From: Lepidodermella squamata
Taxonomy: Eukaryota; Animalia; Gastrotricha
Direction of reading: 5' to 3'
DNA: 64,000 nucleotides
Assembly: GCA_047495785.1 (NCBI GenBank)
Contig: JBLDXI010000042.1
Location: 3,658,001 to 3,722,000, forward strand
Shown here: piece after piece, positions 11,282-24,964 of the stretch
Layout: each line of letters opens with the position of its first letter
How positions within the stretch are numbered: position 1 is the first letter of the stretch
Notes under the pieces: model-generated
What the model was told of the DNA's origin: nothing
Databases searched by the model: none
Seen by the model: the letters and a program-made list of their open reading frames with translations, nothing else
Made by a program: the position numbers and the translations under genes

Positions 11282-12508
11282 TCACCAATGCCAAGATCCA
11301 ACATATTTAATCATTACATCAGTCCGTTTCCGCAACAAGTCTTTCGCATTGCTAGGCACTTTTTCCTCAGATTTGCGCAGCATTGCAGATTCCGGAAAGT
11401 TCCGCTCTTGCCAAAAAGCCGTCGGAACTAGAAAATCAGTCAACAAATTTCGCTCAACAGACTTGGCAATGGGTTGCCGGTATTTCTCAGGCTCCCTTCG
11501 ACACGATCCAAACGTGAAATTCGTCTCCCAACACACGTAATCGTACAGAATAAATGGCGTTGCTTCGTGACCTTTGTGGCCAGCATGTTTCATCAGGCCA
11601 ATTTTCTGTACCTTACTAAGCGCCAATATCTCAGCATTTTTCGTCATTCGACTTCGATTTAAATGGGGATGACCTGCTTCATCATTATCACGAATGTGCC
11701 AACTGTACTCATCGCGGTGATTCAGAAACAAATAATACGCAAGTAGGTCAAATTGGCTGTAGACAATGTAGGTCGAGCAGATTTTATGGAAAGCCTCTTC
11801 GAAATTCGTCGCATTCATCGTAGTTGTCAGGAAATCACGGAACATGCTGAAGTGCTTTCGTCGGACGATGAATGGGAACCCCTGGACAACCATGAATTCA
11901 CCCAATCGGCGGCCTTTCGACACATACTTTACCGCTGCCATTTGCCAACCAGCACAGCAGGCGTTGTAGCCAACAATTCGCGGCTTGCCGTTTTCGAATA
12001 AATGCTCCGGTATGACTTTCACGGCGAAAAATGAGTCGGTATCGGCGATTCCGATGAATTCTGACTCCGTGTATTGATCGCAGAAGAAGTTGGAGTACAT
12101 TTGCCGGCAATAGCCTACCCTATTGTGAGTTCGGCATAACGTTCCTTTCGGCGGGAATTTCTCGAATTTGACGATCGGATAGGGCGGGAGTTGCTCGAAA
12201 ACTGTAGAAACCGCATGGTCGCTATAGACCTCGTCGTCGAAGATAAGCATTAACTTCGAATTTTTCCAATGTTTCACCGGCCAGAACAACATGTAAGAAG
12301 GCGCGAAGACTTGCCAGTATTCGGCTGCTGAACCCGAGTACATGCGGATAATCAGAGTGAAGTCCGGGACAGTTAGCCATGGATTGGAGTGTTGGACTCT
12401 GAGCCCGTCATAATAATTCCAAACTCGACTGCGATTGAAATATAGGACGATGACACAGCAAATTGCAACAAGTAAAATGAATTTTCTCAATATCGTCAAT
12501 GTTAGCAT
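11282..12508 (-). CDS. GT-A-fold glycosyltransferase-like protein, copy 3 (408 aa)
   Basis: Same motifs (GYCRQMYSNFFCDQY...IADTDSFF) and N-terminal TM. Confidence 0.75.
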   Translation of the reverse strand: MLTLTILRKFILLVAICCVIVLYFNRSRVWNYYDGLRVQHSNPWLTVPDFTLIIRMYSGSAAEYWQVFAPSYMLFWPVKHWKNSKLMLIFDDEVYSDHAVSTVFEQLPPYPIVKFEKFPPKGTLCRTHNRVGYCRQMYSNFFCDQYTESEFIGIADTDSFFAVKVIPEHLFENGKPRIVGYNACCAGWQMAAVKYVSKGRRLGEFMVVQGFPFIVRRKHFSMFRDFLTTTMNATNFEEAFHKICSTYIVYSQFDLLAYYLFLNHRDEYSWHIRDNDEAGHPHLNRSRMTKNAEILALSKVQKIGLMKHAGHKGHEATPFILYDYVCWETNFTFGSCRREPEKYRQPIAKSVERNLLTDFLVPTAFWQERNFPESAMLRKSEEKVPSNAKDLLRKRTDVMIKYVGSWHW

Positions 12509-13306
12509 GGTTTACTGCGAGTTAAATATAGGAGAATCTAACATCAAAAGCTCAATTTTGAGTCGAGAAGGTGAATTTCTCTTGTTTTTATCGATACATT
12601 TTCATTCGCAAAAAATTAGTTGGCACGAGTTTGATCAATGCTCGCGTGATGAATGAATGAGTTCGGGTTTTTGCTCGGAAAATTCGCAAATCTCAGTCTT
12701 TGTTGCTTTTCATCATGGATTTTTCGATTACAAATTTCATTTCGCTAACCTTTTTCGAAATTAGCCGATTTTTGTGGAAATGTTTTCTCATCTTGATCTT
12801 ATCGCAACCTTGTACCTAGTCATCTTGAAAAGGGTCCAGGCAATTAGCAGAAATAGATTTTCCACCTGTGCTTGGTGGACAATAATAAAAATCACGGACT
12901 CAACCGCATGTGTCATTTCGAGCTCGAGACTCAATCAAATTCCGATCCGATCCGATGCTCTCAAATGCCTTTCTTGTCTGGTCCTTTGCGCCTCTAGCGT
13001 TGGCAATAATACTTGCGATAATGTTTAATTAACATGAATGTCTGTTTTTATATAGGAGCAAAATCCTGATTGTTTTAGAGATTTGAACTGTTTTTCCGGC
13101 AAATCAAGCCAGACATATTAGACTACATTATTTGAATCCCATTTTACTCTGACGATAAAACATCGCCATTATTAGCTATATCAGGTTTGTTTTCTTATAC
13201 ACCCGCCTCCCCAAGGTTGGACATCACGCAACGAATCTTGTCTGTTGAAATTGCTCCTCTTTCGTCAAATAAAAATATACTACCTCATATCGAGATTTGT
13301 TGAAGG

Positions 13307-16193
13307 ATGTTTAAAGTTATCTTAACTGTTTCAATTCTCGCATCGAAACTATGCGAGGGGGTTCGCCTTTCGATGAAATCCCCGATGCCGGTTTTAGTAA
13401 CCGCAGCAGCGAATCTCACTAAGCCGCAAATTCGTCTTCTTGCTTCAGTCAGATACGGTTTGTCCTAATGTGAAATCAATGGTCTAATTTCGGCTTCCAA
13501 TTTGTTTATAGGCGGAAACGTTCAACCTGTCGGACCTCTAAGCACTGAAGCAACTCGAATAGCCCTGGAGAATGTTGAAAAACTTGGCATTCTGAAGAAC
13601 TACGATTTGGCCGTTGAGTTTATTGACAATCAGGTTAACATTTTCCTATTAACTAAGTGTATTACTCACGCAAACCTTCTAGTGCGTCCGTCAAGTTGGA
13701 ATCAACCAATTCTTAAATGCAATGCAACTTAATGGCGAAGCTCAAAACCGGGTTCCACTTTTCATTGGCCTGAAATGCGCAGATCAAAGAGATATCGCGG
13801 TCATAGCCGACCATTTCTCCTTTGTTGGGGTGAGCCAACTCACTTGACCTAACAACGCTACTTCAACTTCTCATCTATAGATGACCTCAGTGACCACGTA
13901 CCCGGCAATGTATCGGGACCGAAGCATGTTTCGATCTTACTACATCATGTCGCCATCACCTGAAATTTTCTACGCAGCTGTTCCGCCGTTTCTGAAAGCT
14001 ATGGGTTGGAATAGGGTGCACTTGTTGTCGGAAACTTCACCGGTTATGGATTTACTAGACGCGATTCTGCTGAAGAATCTTATCAGCCTTATCATAACCC
14101 TCACTGGGACAACGAAAAACTTCTACACCACTGGATCGACCCCGTCGTCCGAAAGTACTGAATCAGCTGTACTTGAGTTGGTAGCGGCTGGGAGACCGAG
14201 AATTGTCATCATGAGTGTTCAATTCGGTAGTCAACTAGCTTGTTGGCTGCATCGCTACGGCATGTACGGCCCAGCATACGTCTTTTTCATTTTCCCGTAC
14301 GCTAAATTTCTCTCAGACGCTCCTTTCCGATATCAATGGTGCACCGATCGCATGCTTTTCGATGTCCTGCAAAGCGTGATAAATTTCAACCATGAAGCTG
14401 TAGTGAATGGGGCTTCGAGGCTCTCTGATTCCCTCGGAGTTACTTCTCAATCAATCAATGAAAGTTTGATTGAGAAGATAGACCCGAATGATAACAGTGT
14501 GTACTACGGATGCTGCAGGAACTACATGTATGAGCAAGTTATCGGAGCTGCTCTAGCCCTGAATTCTACAGAAGCAGCTCTGAACAAGAACAATCAGACG
14601 CTTCTAGACTGGGTTACATCTGCGCAGAATTTCCAGCATAATGGTTCATTTATCCAATCACTGATAAGGAAGAGTTTGGAGGATTTAGTTTACTCTGGCT
14701 TCACATTAGACCTGAACAAGTCGATCAACGGATTGGTCGGGGCTACAGCTTTCGCCCAGGTTCAAATCGTCAGTAAGCCAGACGCGAAATTGACGAAAAA
14801 TCTGAATTCATACCTCCGAGAAAGTGTTGTAGCATCTTACGACAACCGTGGCTCGAAAACAGAGTTGAAATTAATGAAAACTCAGTTTGTATGGCAAACC
14901 TACGACGGCCAACCACCTCCAGATTCCACAATAGTCCTTCCGATGAAAATTGCGTTGATTCCGTTAACGGCACAGATAATTCTCATGACCCTGGCTAGTT
15001 TGCTGCTATTTGCCAATATAGCATGTTATTTGATAGGCTGGCGGCTGATCAAGCCTAGCCTCTCATCCATTCCTTCTTCATTTCTCAAGATTCATCAAAT
15101 AGGTTGCGGATTGATGATGATTGGAGTTCTTGTTACTCCATTCGGAGGCCATCATCAAGCCGGTATCTTTTGCATGTCGCGGTCATTCCTACTTCTTTCA
15201 GGATTCGCTCTGTTGAAAAGCGCTATTCTAGGGAAACTTATAACCATCCAATCTTTATCAGCTGGAAGCGATAGAACTAGGTTCACTCAAAGACTGCCGA
15301 CTCTAAGTCAAATGCCTGTAACTATTAAAACAGTCAAAACACGGAAAGCGCCGATTAGAAAGTTCCTCGTTCCAGCTATTATAGCTTTTGTTGCGATTTT
15401 GGTAACAATCATGATCATCTGGTTCTCAATTTCCCCGATCAAATCTCGGCGTATTGATTACGCGATTGATACATCAGCTTTCAGCTTGAGCTTAGCTTAC
15501 CAACCGTATACTTATGCTTGCTTCCTAGGAGATGCTGACATTTTTATCGGACTGATTTCAGCTCTGTTCATTGCGCCAATCATTGCACTAGCTTACCTGG
15601 CATTTGCACTCAACAAGGTATGCCATAATTTCGGAACAAACTCAGAAAGCATTTGTCCATAACTACGTACTGCGTTGATATTTTGAAGTTCGACTGAAGA
15701 CTTATACTGCCATTTAAGAGTGGCCTTAAGGATTAACATGAGAACAGACGACTTAAGAGTTACGAATTAGGAATGATGAGGCTTACGGAAGAAGTGGAAT
15801 ACTTACGAGTATGGTAAGCTCATGACTCATGGGGCAATAAGGATATCAGGGAACTTCGAATTATCAGCGAAGAATAAGGGTTCGGGTATCATGGGAACTT
15901 ATCCTTTCATAAGATGATTTGAATTTCAGTCTTTCCATTATTGCTTATTGCCCTCAATTCTCTAGACTGTTGTTGACGAGGTTCCAGAGTTAACTGCAGT
16001 TCGATCAGCTGCATACAGCACAATCCTGATACTTCTGGCTGGAACAGGTGTTATTGCAGCTTTTTTCAATTCTGAACCCGGAACCCTGGAGATTGCGATC
16101 AATATTTTGGCCTTACTGCTGGCTGGAACTTCAACCGGAACTATGGTCATCCCTAAGTTGTTCAAGTTACTCTTCGTAAGCACTGCCGCATAA
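13307..16193 (+). CDS. Class C GPCR, GABA-B-receptor-like, 5 exons (13307-13457, 13512-13633, 13683-13829, 13881-15617, 15966-16193)
   Basis: All junctions are GT-AG and keep frame: signal MFKVILTVSILASKLCEG; GILKNYDLAVEFIDNQ|C; YPAMYRDRSMFRSYY; MGWNRV; GQPPPDST; TM3 ..KSAILGK; last exon supplies TM6-7 ending VIPKLF. Confidence 0.85.
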
Positions 16194-16529
16194 TCGTGGA
16201 TAATATCAGCGTTCAACGTAAATTGAGAGGTTGAATGATTGATATGGGTAATTTTGTTATGACAAAACAAACTGTCAAAAGCGCCTCATTAGAAGAGCCG
16301 GCTTTTTAGGGAATACTTCACGCTTCGCACTCACCCAGACTGAAAAGGTCCGAGTAGTGAATGTCACCGTTTTTTCAATTTGACGGATTTCAATATTTGT
16401 ATCGCTTTATTTTCACAAAAATCGCTACGAAATAGACTGTGGCTACCACAAATAAAAGAGCATCATAATCACCAACTGATTGAATTTCTCGAGCTTTTAG
16501 GATAGGGCGACCACGTTAACATTCTAAAG

Positions 16530-16977
16530 TTGAGGTTCCAGCACCAAAATGCCCCTACTCCGAATTGGATCTTACTCGAATCGAACCAGGCGAATTATAA
16601 GTTCATCAATTAAAAAGAATCAGCCTAAGTTATTGGAAACACTTAGTGAGCTTAGTTGGTCACGTGGCCTCAGCCAACTGTTCTGACTCGTGGGCGATTA
16701 TCTCAAAAACGATGGCAGCTTGGAAGCCGCTCCCAGAGAAAAATTGCCTCATAGGTTGTCGCAGTGTGCGAAGTACATTGAGGGGGTACGGGGGGTATCC
16801 GTAACCTCCCCCCCCCCCCCCCCTCCTTCCTTCCTCGAGAGGTCTCACATAGAGGGGGAATTCGGGGCTGAAAATAGCAAAGCGAACCCCGCCCAACCTC
16901 GAGGATCCTACTTCATCCACTAAGTCCCGGGATTCCATCTTATAATATGCCAGGGAATTTGGTGCTGGTTACTCAAT
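16530..16977. repeat. Non-autonomous TIR element (TGAGGTTCCAGCACCAAA ends) containing a GC-rich interspersed repeat
   Basis: Inverted ends at 16531 and ~16958-16976. The same end pair bounds 50358-50488. Internal blocks GAGGATCCTACTTCAT and GGGGGTACGGGGGGTA recur inverted at 33516-33655. Confidence 0.55.
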
Positions 16978-17025
16978 TTCAGAACTGTGATTTCAAAGAC
17001 CTTCTCAAATTTCATTATGTACCAT

Positions 17026-20000
17026 TTACAAAACTTCCTCCTCAGTGTTCGCTTTTGTCAGAACAGCTGTTTTGATCTCGTTAAATTGCGGCGGTCTTAA
17101 ATCAGTCGGAATTTTCAATTTATTCGCCATGCTGTTATTCGGCAGCCGACTCGGGCCGAATAACGACGTAGTTTGCTGTTGACTGCCGCCATTTGCCTGA
17201 TTCTGGTTGTTGTTGTTGTTGTTGTTGTTGCTGTTTTGCATTGGCGGCATGCGGAAACTTCGCGGCCGAATACCAGCGGCCCCCATGACCATGGTGAGGC
17301 TTTTGAAGGCCGAAGCTAGGCGCTCGCGGTCTTTCGCCTCGAGTTCCTCGCGGCGGATGCGGTTTTCTAGTATCGCGTAGCACAGCACGGATAGCAGGAG
17401 GTTGACAACCAGTACCAACACTTTGAGCCCGAGACCGGCGACAAACGACAACAGACACGATGTGGCGATGCCGAGCGATTGCAGAATTCGAAAGTTCGAA
17501 AACGCCAATTGATGCTCAGAGCCGGCGACTTTGGTTATTAAAACTAAAAAAATATAAAAAAAGCCTTTTAATAAAACAAAATTTGACTGAAGTTGAACTA
17601 AATTTCAAAAAACACCTCAAAAATTAACACTAAAAATAGGAATAAGTGCCATTTTCCGGATAATTTGTTGAACCATACGTGTTGGCCGGGTTCTTGAGAA
17701 GTTCGAAAGGTCGTTCATAAAAATATTTGCTGGGTAATAAATTTCTGAATTTTTGAACTTGTTCGAATGCTCTTAATTGGACTGATTAGGCAAACATTCG
17801 AAATTTGGGCCAAAAACCGGCATACCTATCTCCAAATTAACCTCCAATAGTCAGTAAGATTGAATTGATTTAAAGCGAATCCTGATTTCAAAAACATTCG
17901 TGAAAAGATATTTTAAAAATATCTTAATTTGTTCGCTCATTGAAAACTTATTGCCTGAATTTTTCGCTTTCTTAGGTCGAAATATTTCCACCAAAACAAC
18001 TCAAGTTCCAGGTACCAGCTTCCTTATAGGTTCCTCGGCTACTTATGTGGAAAAATCACATCGATTTTGGTTTCCAAGGCTGATTCAGGAAATTCAATGC
18101 TGGAACCCTAACTTATTTGCAAATTCAACTATTTTCAGAAAATTAAATTGCAAAAGGGGTGAAATCGAACAATTGAAACAATATGAAATTTCCAAATATT
18201 TGCTGATTTTCAAACATTAAATCGCAGTTTATGACTCTTTTTCCTGTTTTAATTCCAAGAAAATTACCGTAGCAGCTAGTTTGCCAAACGGCATCGCAGA
18301 AGCCGTAAATGACAGGTATGATGAAAATAAGGATAGGTATGGACGGGTACGCTTGCCATTGGTACAAGAAGGCGGCCAGCGCCAAATGTACAATGGCAGT
18401 TATGCTGATGACGATTTCACGGCTGACAGATCGTTTGGCGGCGAATGACGCGGCTGCGGAGAACACGCACGACATGACGCCAGCAACCATGACGGCTACG
18501 CCGACTGAACTCAGGCCGAACATGCACGATAAATAAATCTACGGGATATTTTGAAAATTAATATTAAACAAATTGAAATTTTGCAATACCTTTGTGTAAT
18601 CAGTGTACAAAAATCCTTGTTCAAGGCCGTTGAAGAAAAGCAGCGGGATGAGTAGTCGAAAATGGGGTCCATCGAACAATTGAAAGAGATGTGCGACGAC
18701 GAACTGAAATTTGATTAAAAAAGCTTCATTGCCCAGAAATAGTGAAAAATAAACTAACCTTTTGAAGCCGCATTGATAGATTGAATTCCAGAGGGTCTGT
18801 TTCCTCTTCTTCATCGTCCAAGCCCGAGTGATCCTTCTGATCTTCGTGAGGGTGGAAGAAAAGAGCCGCTAGGACGAGAGCGATGAAGCCAAGCGCAATT
18901 AGCCACGCAACTGAGAATAAAATCAGAAATATAAGGTATAGGAATCAAAGGGAATAAATTCCTTCCATTTGTACAAAAATAGCCCATACCAACTATGAAC
19001 TTCATATCAAAGTTCGAACCTTCGTAACAAGATCTCAATTTTGCATTAACAACATGCATAATTTTCTATTTTATTTCTCAGGCCATCCCAAAACATGGCC
19101 TATATAAAGGATATTATTGCTTGGAATCTTTAGACCAGCTTTGAAAAAATAAGGCCTTTCTTCCTATTTTGAAATTACTTTTTAAGGGCCATTATATTTG
19201 TACTTAAACGGCTTTCCGGTCACGTAAATTTGTCGCTCATAGTATTCAGCATTTAAAACTGAGTAAGAATCCTATCTCATCTAAAAATTTGAGACACTTG
19301 GCTAAAACATGAAATTAGGGTTAGAAAGCTCAGGAAACCTAAAAGGTCCCGAACCTTAGATCGAACTTCATGAAATTAGGGAAAGACTCCTTATTTTGTC
19401 TGCAAATTTGATAAGGCAGATTCGATATCGAATCCAAGTTCCAAGTATCGATTTTACAAATCAGCGATTTTTCCGATATCAGAAGCCTAAGACTCCAACA
19501 TATAGCTAATATTGAAAACCTAGCGTAATATGCGGGGCACCAATATCGATCAAAAAAATGAAAATTTTTAATCGCAAAGTATCGGGAAAATTCTTGCTGG
19601 AACCTGGAACCTAAATTTCAATTAATAGTGCAAATATTTAGAGGTAAAATAAAAATGATAATAATAAATATTGTATTTTTTACCTGCCCATGTAGCCGGC
19701 AATGGAACTAGGTCAAACGCTGAAAAACTGCTGATATTCGCCCAGGCGCGATACGAAGGCAGCGTGTCGACGCTGTCGCGGCAATGCGCCCACAAATCGT
19801 CGTATTGACTCGCCAGATTCGGCATCAAATCGACATCGAAGAGGGGCGGGAAGAAGTACCAACCCGGCCCTAAGGTCATATTATACTCGTAGGTCCTATT
19901 CGTCGCCGGGACGATTCTAACCGTTCGAGTCGACGACGGCTGATCGTCGCCAGTTTCCGATAGCAAAATCGCGGCTACGCTCAAATTGCCCCAGATATGG

Positions 20001-22123
20001 GACGATTGAAATAGCGCGAATAACGTGTTGTTTGTCAACAAAATTTTGCGAAGCGACAACTTTTTCTCCTCGTCGCTATTCAAGCTTTTGTTATTCGGAT
20101 GATTTGACGTGAAATACGACGAAAACGCGTTCATTTGCGCCGTCCAAGCCAGGGTTAGCCCGGTTCCGCCGAAAAAAGCTGCCGGCAACAATATCAGCGG
20201 ATGTGGCACTATATTGGCTAGCAGCCAAATGAAAAGTAGGAAAATTCCAAGGCACAGTGATGTTCGGTCGGCCATTCGATTTTGGCAAACGGGTGGAATT
20301 ATTACGACAGTTATTGCCAGGGCTAGGTAGAACACGCTCAGGGCCAGGGTGCCTAATTTGCCGCGATCGTTCACGGATGACTGGATGACTTGAACGGCTC
20401 GAACTGCGGAGAAGGCGAATATGAACACGAGGCAGAGTAGGACAATGTCGCGGCTGAGATAAGCCGGCCTCGACTCGGCCTCACTGTTAGCCTCTTCTTC
20501 GTCGCTTGTTTTCCACTTGGGCAGTTCCGGCTGTTTGGCTAGGCCGTTAGTTGTCGGCGCATTTTTGCCGCGCTTAGTCGCCTCGTCCTCGCTTGGTTCA
20601 TGCTCGGTCGATGCTCCAGCATCAGTATCCGTATTCAATAGGTCTTTTTCTTTGGGAGAAAAATGAAAAATATTACGTCGATTTCCAGTAATAGGGGAAA
20701 AGGAAAAATTTTGTTTCAGAAAAGTTGACCCAATTTAGGACGCATTGTTTAGGTCAGACTTTTCTGCTAATAATCTGTCAGGTCAACGCTAATCAGGACA
20801 AATCACCAGTAACGTTTATCAGTGACATATCGACAATAATAAAATTCAAAATAATAATTTTCGATTTATATTTTAATTGAGGCTCAATATAATTCATATA
20901 TGACATGTAGCAGTGACAATTAAGAAATGATTCGGCAATTATTTTACTATTATCGCTTGTTAATTTTTAATTTCAATCATTAATTCTTCGTTAAGCCTAG
21001 CCGATAGATCTCACTTTTACACGCGTTTTGAGATATCGGTAGCCAGTTTATGAGCTATGTAGAGCCAATATCGATTTCAATTATCGATTTTAAAATCAGT
21101 GAATATTTTTCCGATATCAGCATTCTAGTGAGCCCACGTTGAAAACTCAGTAACATATACATGAGAAAGAACTGACGTAAATAATCTTAGGATCGTAGAG
21201 GACGTCATAGGGAGCGGGCCCTTAAACTTTAGCGAAATTTCAAATTCTCAAAAAATTGATTAAAATAGCAATTAAGTGGCATATTTTTCCAATATTTCTT
21301 TACCAGAATGTCTTTTAGCGGAACCAAATGGCAAACTTATGATGAATACCATTTTCAAATAATTTGTTAGACCATGAATGAAAATCAAGACAAGGCCTTA
21401 TACTAAAGATCACTTTCATTGTAATTTAATTGAATTCTTTTGGATTTTATTGTGATTCAGAGTTCAGAAAACGGTTAATACATTTTTGGAGAATTAATTA
21501 TGTAAAATTCCCCTAAATATTTGAACCTAATTTTACCCGGTATCCATATTTTGCAAGATTTAAGCTCTGAATTTGCATTGAAATTTCAGGAATAATTAAG
21601 AAAATAGGTCGAACTCACTTGTGTCAACATTTTGAGTCATATCGATAGTGGCCTTTGATGTTAGTGTTAGGGGCCGGGTCAATGAATCAGCCCCTCCAGC
21701 CGAATCTCGTGTCAGTGTCCCGCTCGCTAGGTTACTCGTCGAATGGTCCGTGATGACGAGTGAAACCTCCCCGGAGGGCGTTTGAAAAATCTCCGAAACC
21801 GGCTGGTCACGCTCGAGTGATTTTGCCTCGTCCGCAAATTTTAACTTGCTATTTTTCACCGGACTTTTTGCCGCCGCTGCAATGGGCGGTTTAGCGTGAA
21901 CTGGCGTTTGACTGATACGCAGCGGCGTTGGCATACCGCCGGTAGTCGCCTGACTGCTGAGTCGCATCGAATCGGCTCGGTCGAGTGCGCAGCCCGAGTT
22001 TGGGGTTCGCGTTGCTCTCAAATACGACTCTCGCCGTACGCCGGCGCTATTCAACGGCTCGCATAAACTGCCCGTATCGGACAAACTCTGCCAACTGCCC
22101 AAATCCCACGGAGCTAATGCCAT
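17026..22123 (-). CDS. unc93a: UNC-93-like MFS membrane protein, 6 exons (22123-21619, 20649-19684, 18910-18759, 18703-18590, 18538-18268, 17543-17026)
   Basis: In-frame GT-AG splicing joins LQ/IQSSVN-type TM1 (FSAVRAVQVIQSSVN), FQSSHIWGNL, LLIPLLFFNGLEQGFLYTDYTK, YGFCDAVWQT and AFSNFRILQSLG, all UNC-93 family signatures. Long disordered N-terminus; poly-Asn (AAC)n tract at ~17207-17232. Confidence 0.85.
19423..19615. repeat. Intronic interspersed repeat; related segments at ~21069-21158, ~59333-59393 and inverted at ~40880-40920
   Basis: Shared core ATATCGATTT.....ATCGATTTT.AAATCAG...TTTTCCGATATCAG, seen by eye. Confidence 0.5.
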
Positions 22124-23306
22124 AATAGGCCGGCGGTTATTAACAAAAAAATTATAATTTTATTACGTCGAAAAATATAATTTATCCGATAGTAATAAAA
22201 TAGTAGACAAATTTCGATGCCGTTTTTAAACTGAAATATCGAAGCATTATTCGCGTATAAAAAATATTGGTATGTAGGAAGTTGATATTATTTTTATTAT
22301 TATTACTATTGGTCGCTTATTCGTCTTAGAATAGTGATGATGAAAAAGTCCTCAGAGACAAGTGAGCGCGCACATCGTCTCGCGCCGACTACAAATTCAG
22401 CGCGCACAATTGGCCTATGCGCGCGCGTGCGAAAAAATGTAAGAAAAGTCCATTTTTTTGAGACATGATATACACCCTGAAATATGCTAATTTCTTGGCC
22501 TGGACGCGTTCAATGTCATGTGACTTTCAATCCGAAACTATTTCGCATAAATTGGGCCATTAATCAAGTTGGCAAAAAAATCTTAATTGATGATGAAAAA
22601 AATTCCAAGTATTATTTTTATTATTATAATATAACGAAAATTAATGCAATGAAATATTAATCTATATTTTATCTTTTCAAACAAATTTTCATCCTTATTT
22701 CCTTCCGATGGTCAATTATAATAGCCGAGCTTGTATACAGCTGCAATTAGATCAGCGCAGGAAAGCATTTTTGCCATTTTCTGCTTCCGCGCTCTTCTGC
22801 TTCGGCGCAGCCGCAGGGGATCTGCAACATGGGGCCATTCGTCTATTGTTTAAATTTACATGGTCTCGAAAAGAATTATCAAATCAACATCAATAATATA
22901 TAAATTCGTCGATTTCCGGGATAACACATGAAAAAATGCATAAAAATATATTTCAATTTTGATTTTTCCCGACATATTTAATTATATGCTACAACAACAG
23001 GAAAAAAATACTTGAATGAATCCGCGAGTGAAATGTCCAGTATATGGCGATGATGACCTGCGATATTATTGAATGAACGAAAGAAACTCGCGCGTTTTTA
23101 CAACACCTATACTACGCGTCCTTGGCAACGGCGTTTTCCGCTATTAAAAAAGCGAGGCGTGTATAGTAGTGCACTTTGTACCGCCACCGTTTTATTGACT
23201 ACCTACCCTCTCACACACGCAGCAGAGGTTTATCGAACCTGGTCGTTTAAGACGAAAAAAACGCATAGTATTAATCGGTTTTTTTTAATGTGACAAAGTT
23301 GTCGTA

Positions 23307-24561
23307 ATGCCTACAACAAAAGCAGTCGCTGGCACGTCGAGGATAGGCGATTTTACGACGCCTGAGAAAAGTCGAACGGCGATGAGCAAAAGTGCGCCGA
23401 TGACGGAGAATGCGACACGGAGCTCGCGCCGAAGCGAGACGGTTGCGTCACGGTCGAATAAAGATGGCGCCGTTAAAGAGGAGCGACCCGTTGATTTGCC
23501 ACTGAACAGCTTCATCCCGCCCAAAGTTTTGCGACAGAGCAACAAATTTAGGCAGTCTTGTATATTGGCCAATTTACACTTGGATGTAAGCTCTTAAAAT
23601 TTAAAAAAATTTATTTTCATTCATTAATCATCATTTTAATGATTTTAATGATTTTTCTTAATTTAAAATTTTTGATAAATTAAATTGAATCGAAATAAAT
23701 ATATTTTATTCATTAAACATATTAAATTAAATTATTTACTATTTATTAAATTTTATTACATTTTTTCAAGGTTTTTTTTCTCGACATGTAACCCACATTT
23801 TTTATATATTTTTTATTTTTCTAGCGTGGCCTCGAAACCAAAAAAGCTGCCATAGAACGCCAGCTCGTTACGCAATTAATGGCCCTGGAAAATCGTGTCG
23901 GTCGAACGAATCAGTTTTACAACGACGTGAGATGGAAATCGACCTCACCCCTGCCTCCGTCTCGTGGCCCACCTGTACCAGTTATCGAGACAGACCCAGA
24001 TTCGCTGCCTCGATTTTTCGACTCGCCTAGCATTCGAAGCAGCCCTGAGAAGAATCATTTTCAAATCGATCACGACCATCATAAAGCAGCTCGAAGCCCT
24101 TCGCCTCGGAAGTCGCGCGCCTCAGTCTCTTTCGGCCAATTGCCTCATGAGTCGACGTACTTCTCAGCACTATCAACGGGCGATAGTCACCACCAAATTG
24201 TTACAGGTCCGATAGCGGATCAACCTCCTGGGCGGTTATTGACCCGGGGTGACTACAGCGGGTATATCCCAGGCGAGGCCGCTCTCATGGAACTCGGCCA
24301 CGATTTGGTTTTCAAATCAATTTTACGGCCAAAGGCCAACTTCCAAGAACACATTAAGGTAATAATAGAAATATTTAACAAATAAAAAAATTAAGGTGGG
24401 TTTTTTAATTTCAGAGTCGAGTAAAGGCAGTTGAGCAATCGGTAGCTTCACTTCGCTACGACCTCGAAGTTAACGATAAACCACCAGATTGGAACATCAA
24501 TTACGGCAAGCCGACGTCAAAGAAGCGATTCTGCTCAAAACTCGGACTTTTTCCCGGCTGA
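23307..24561 (+). CDS. Uncharacterised Ser/Pro/Arg-rich protein, 3 exons (23307-23585, 23825-24358, 24415-24561)
   Basis: GC-rich exons separated by AT-rich introns with GTAAGC/GTAATA donors and phase-0 in-frame joins (...LHLD|RGLETK...EHIK|SRVKAV...GLFPG*); AATAAA at ~24648. Confidence 0.65.
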
Positions 24562-24964
24562 AATTTCGTTATCAAAATAACTTCGACACATCCCGTTTAA
24601 TCAAAAATCAAATTGCGCGAATCGAATTTTATTTTCGTATGAATAGCAATAAAATTTGAATGGCCGTGTTGGTTTTTTTGAGCTCGTTCCTGAAAATAAA
24701 TACCTACGCGTTTTTGTAGGTTGAAAATGTTTTATCACTACCACGAGACACGTGGATTACGCGAGGCATGGCAAAAGAAAGAACCGCTTCATTTGATCCG
24801 ATTATCCTTTCATTGTATAAAATGGCGTAATATTACGTTTGTTTTTGTTTTGTACACGGGTTGTTGCTCGCTCAGTGCTATACCTAAAAAAAGGCTAAAC
24901 AAAAATATTCCAGCCAAAAATCGATATTTTTCAATTTTTTTTTATTAAAGCCACCTTAATTTTA

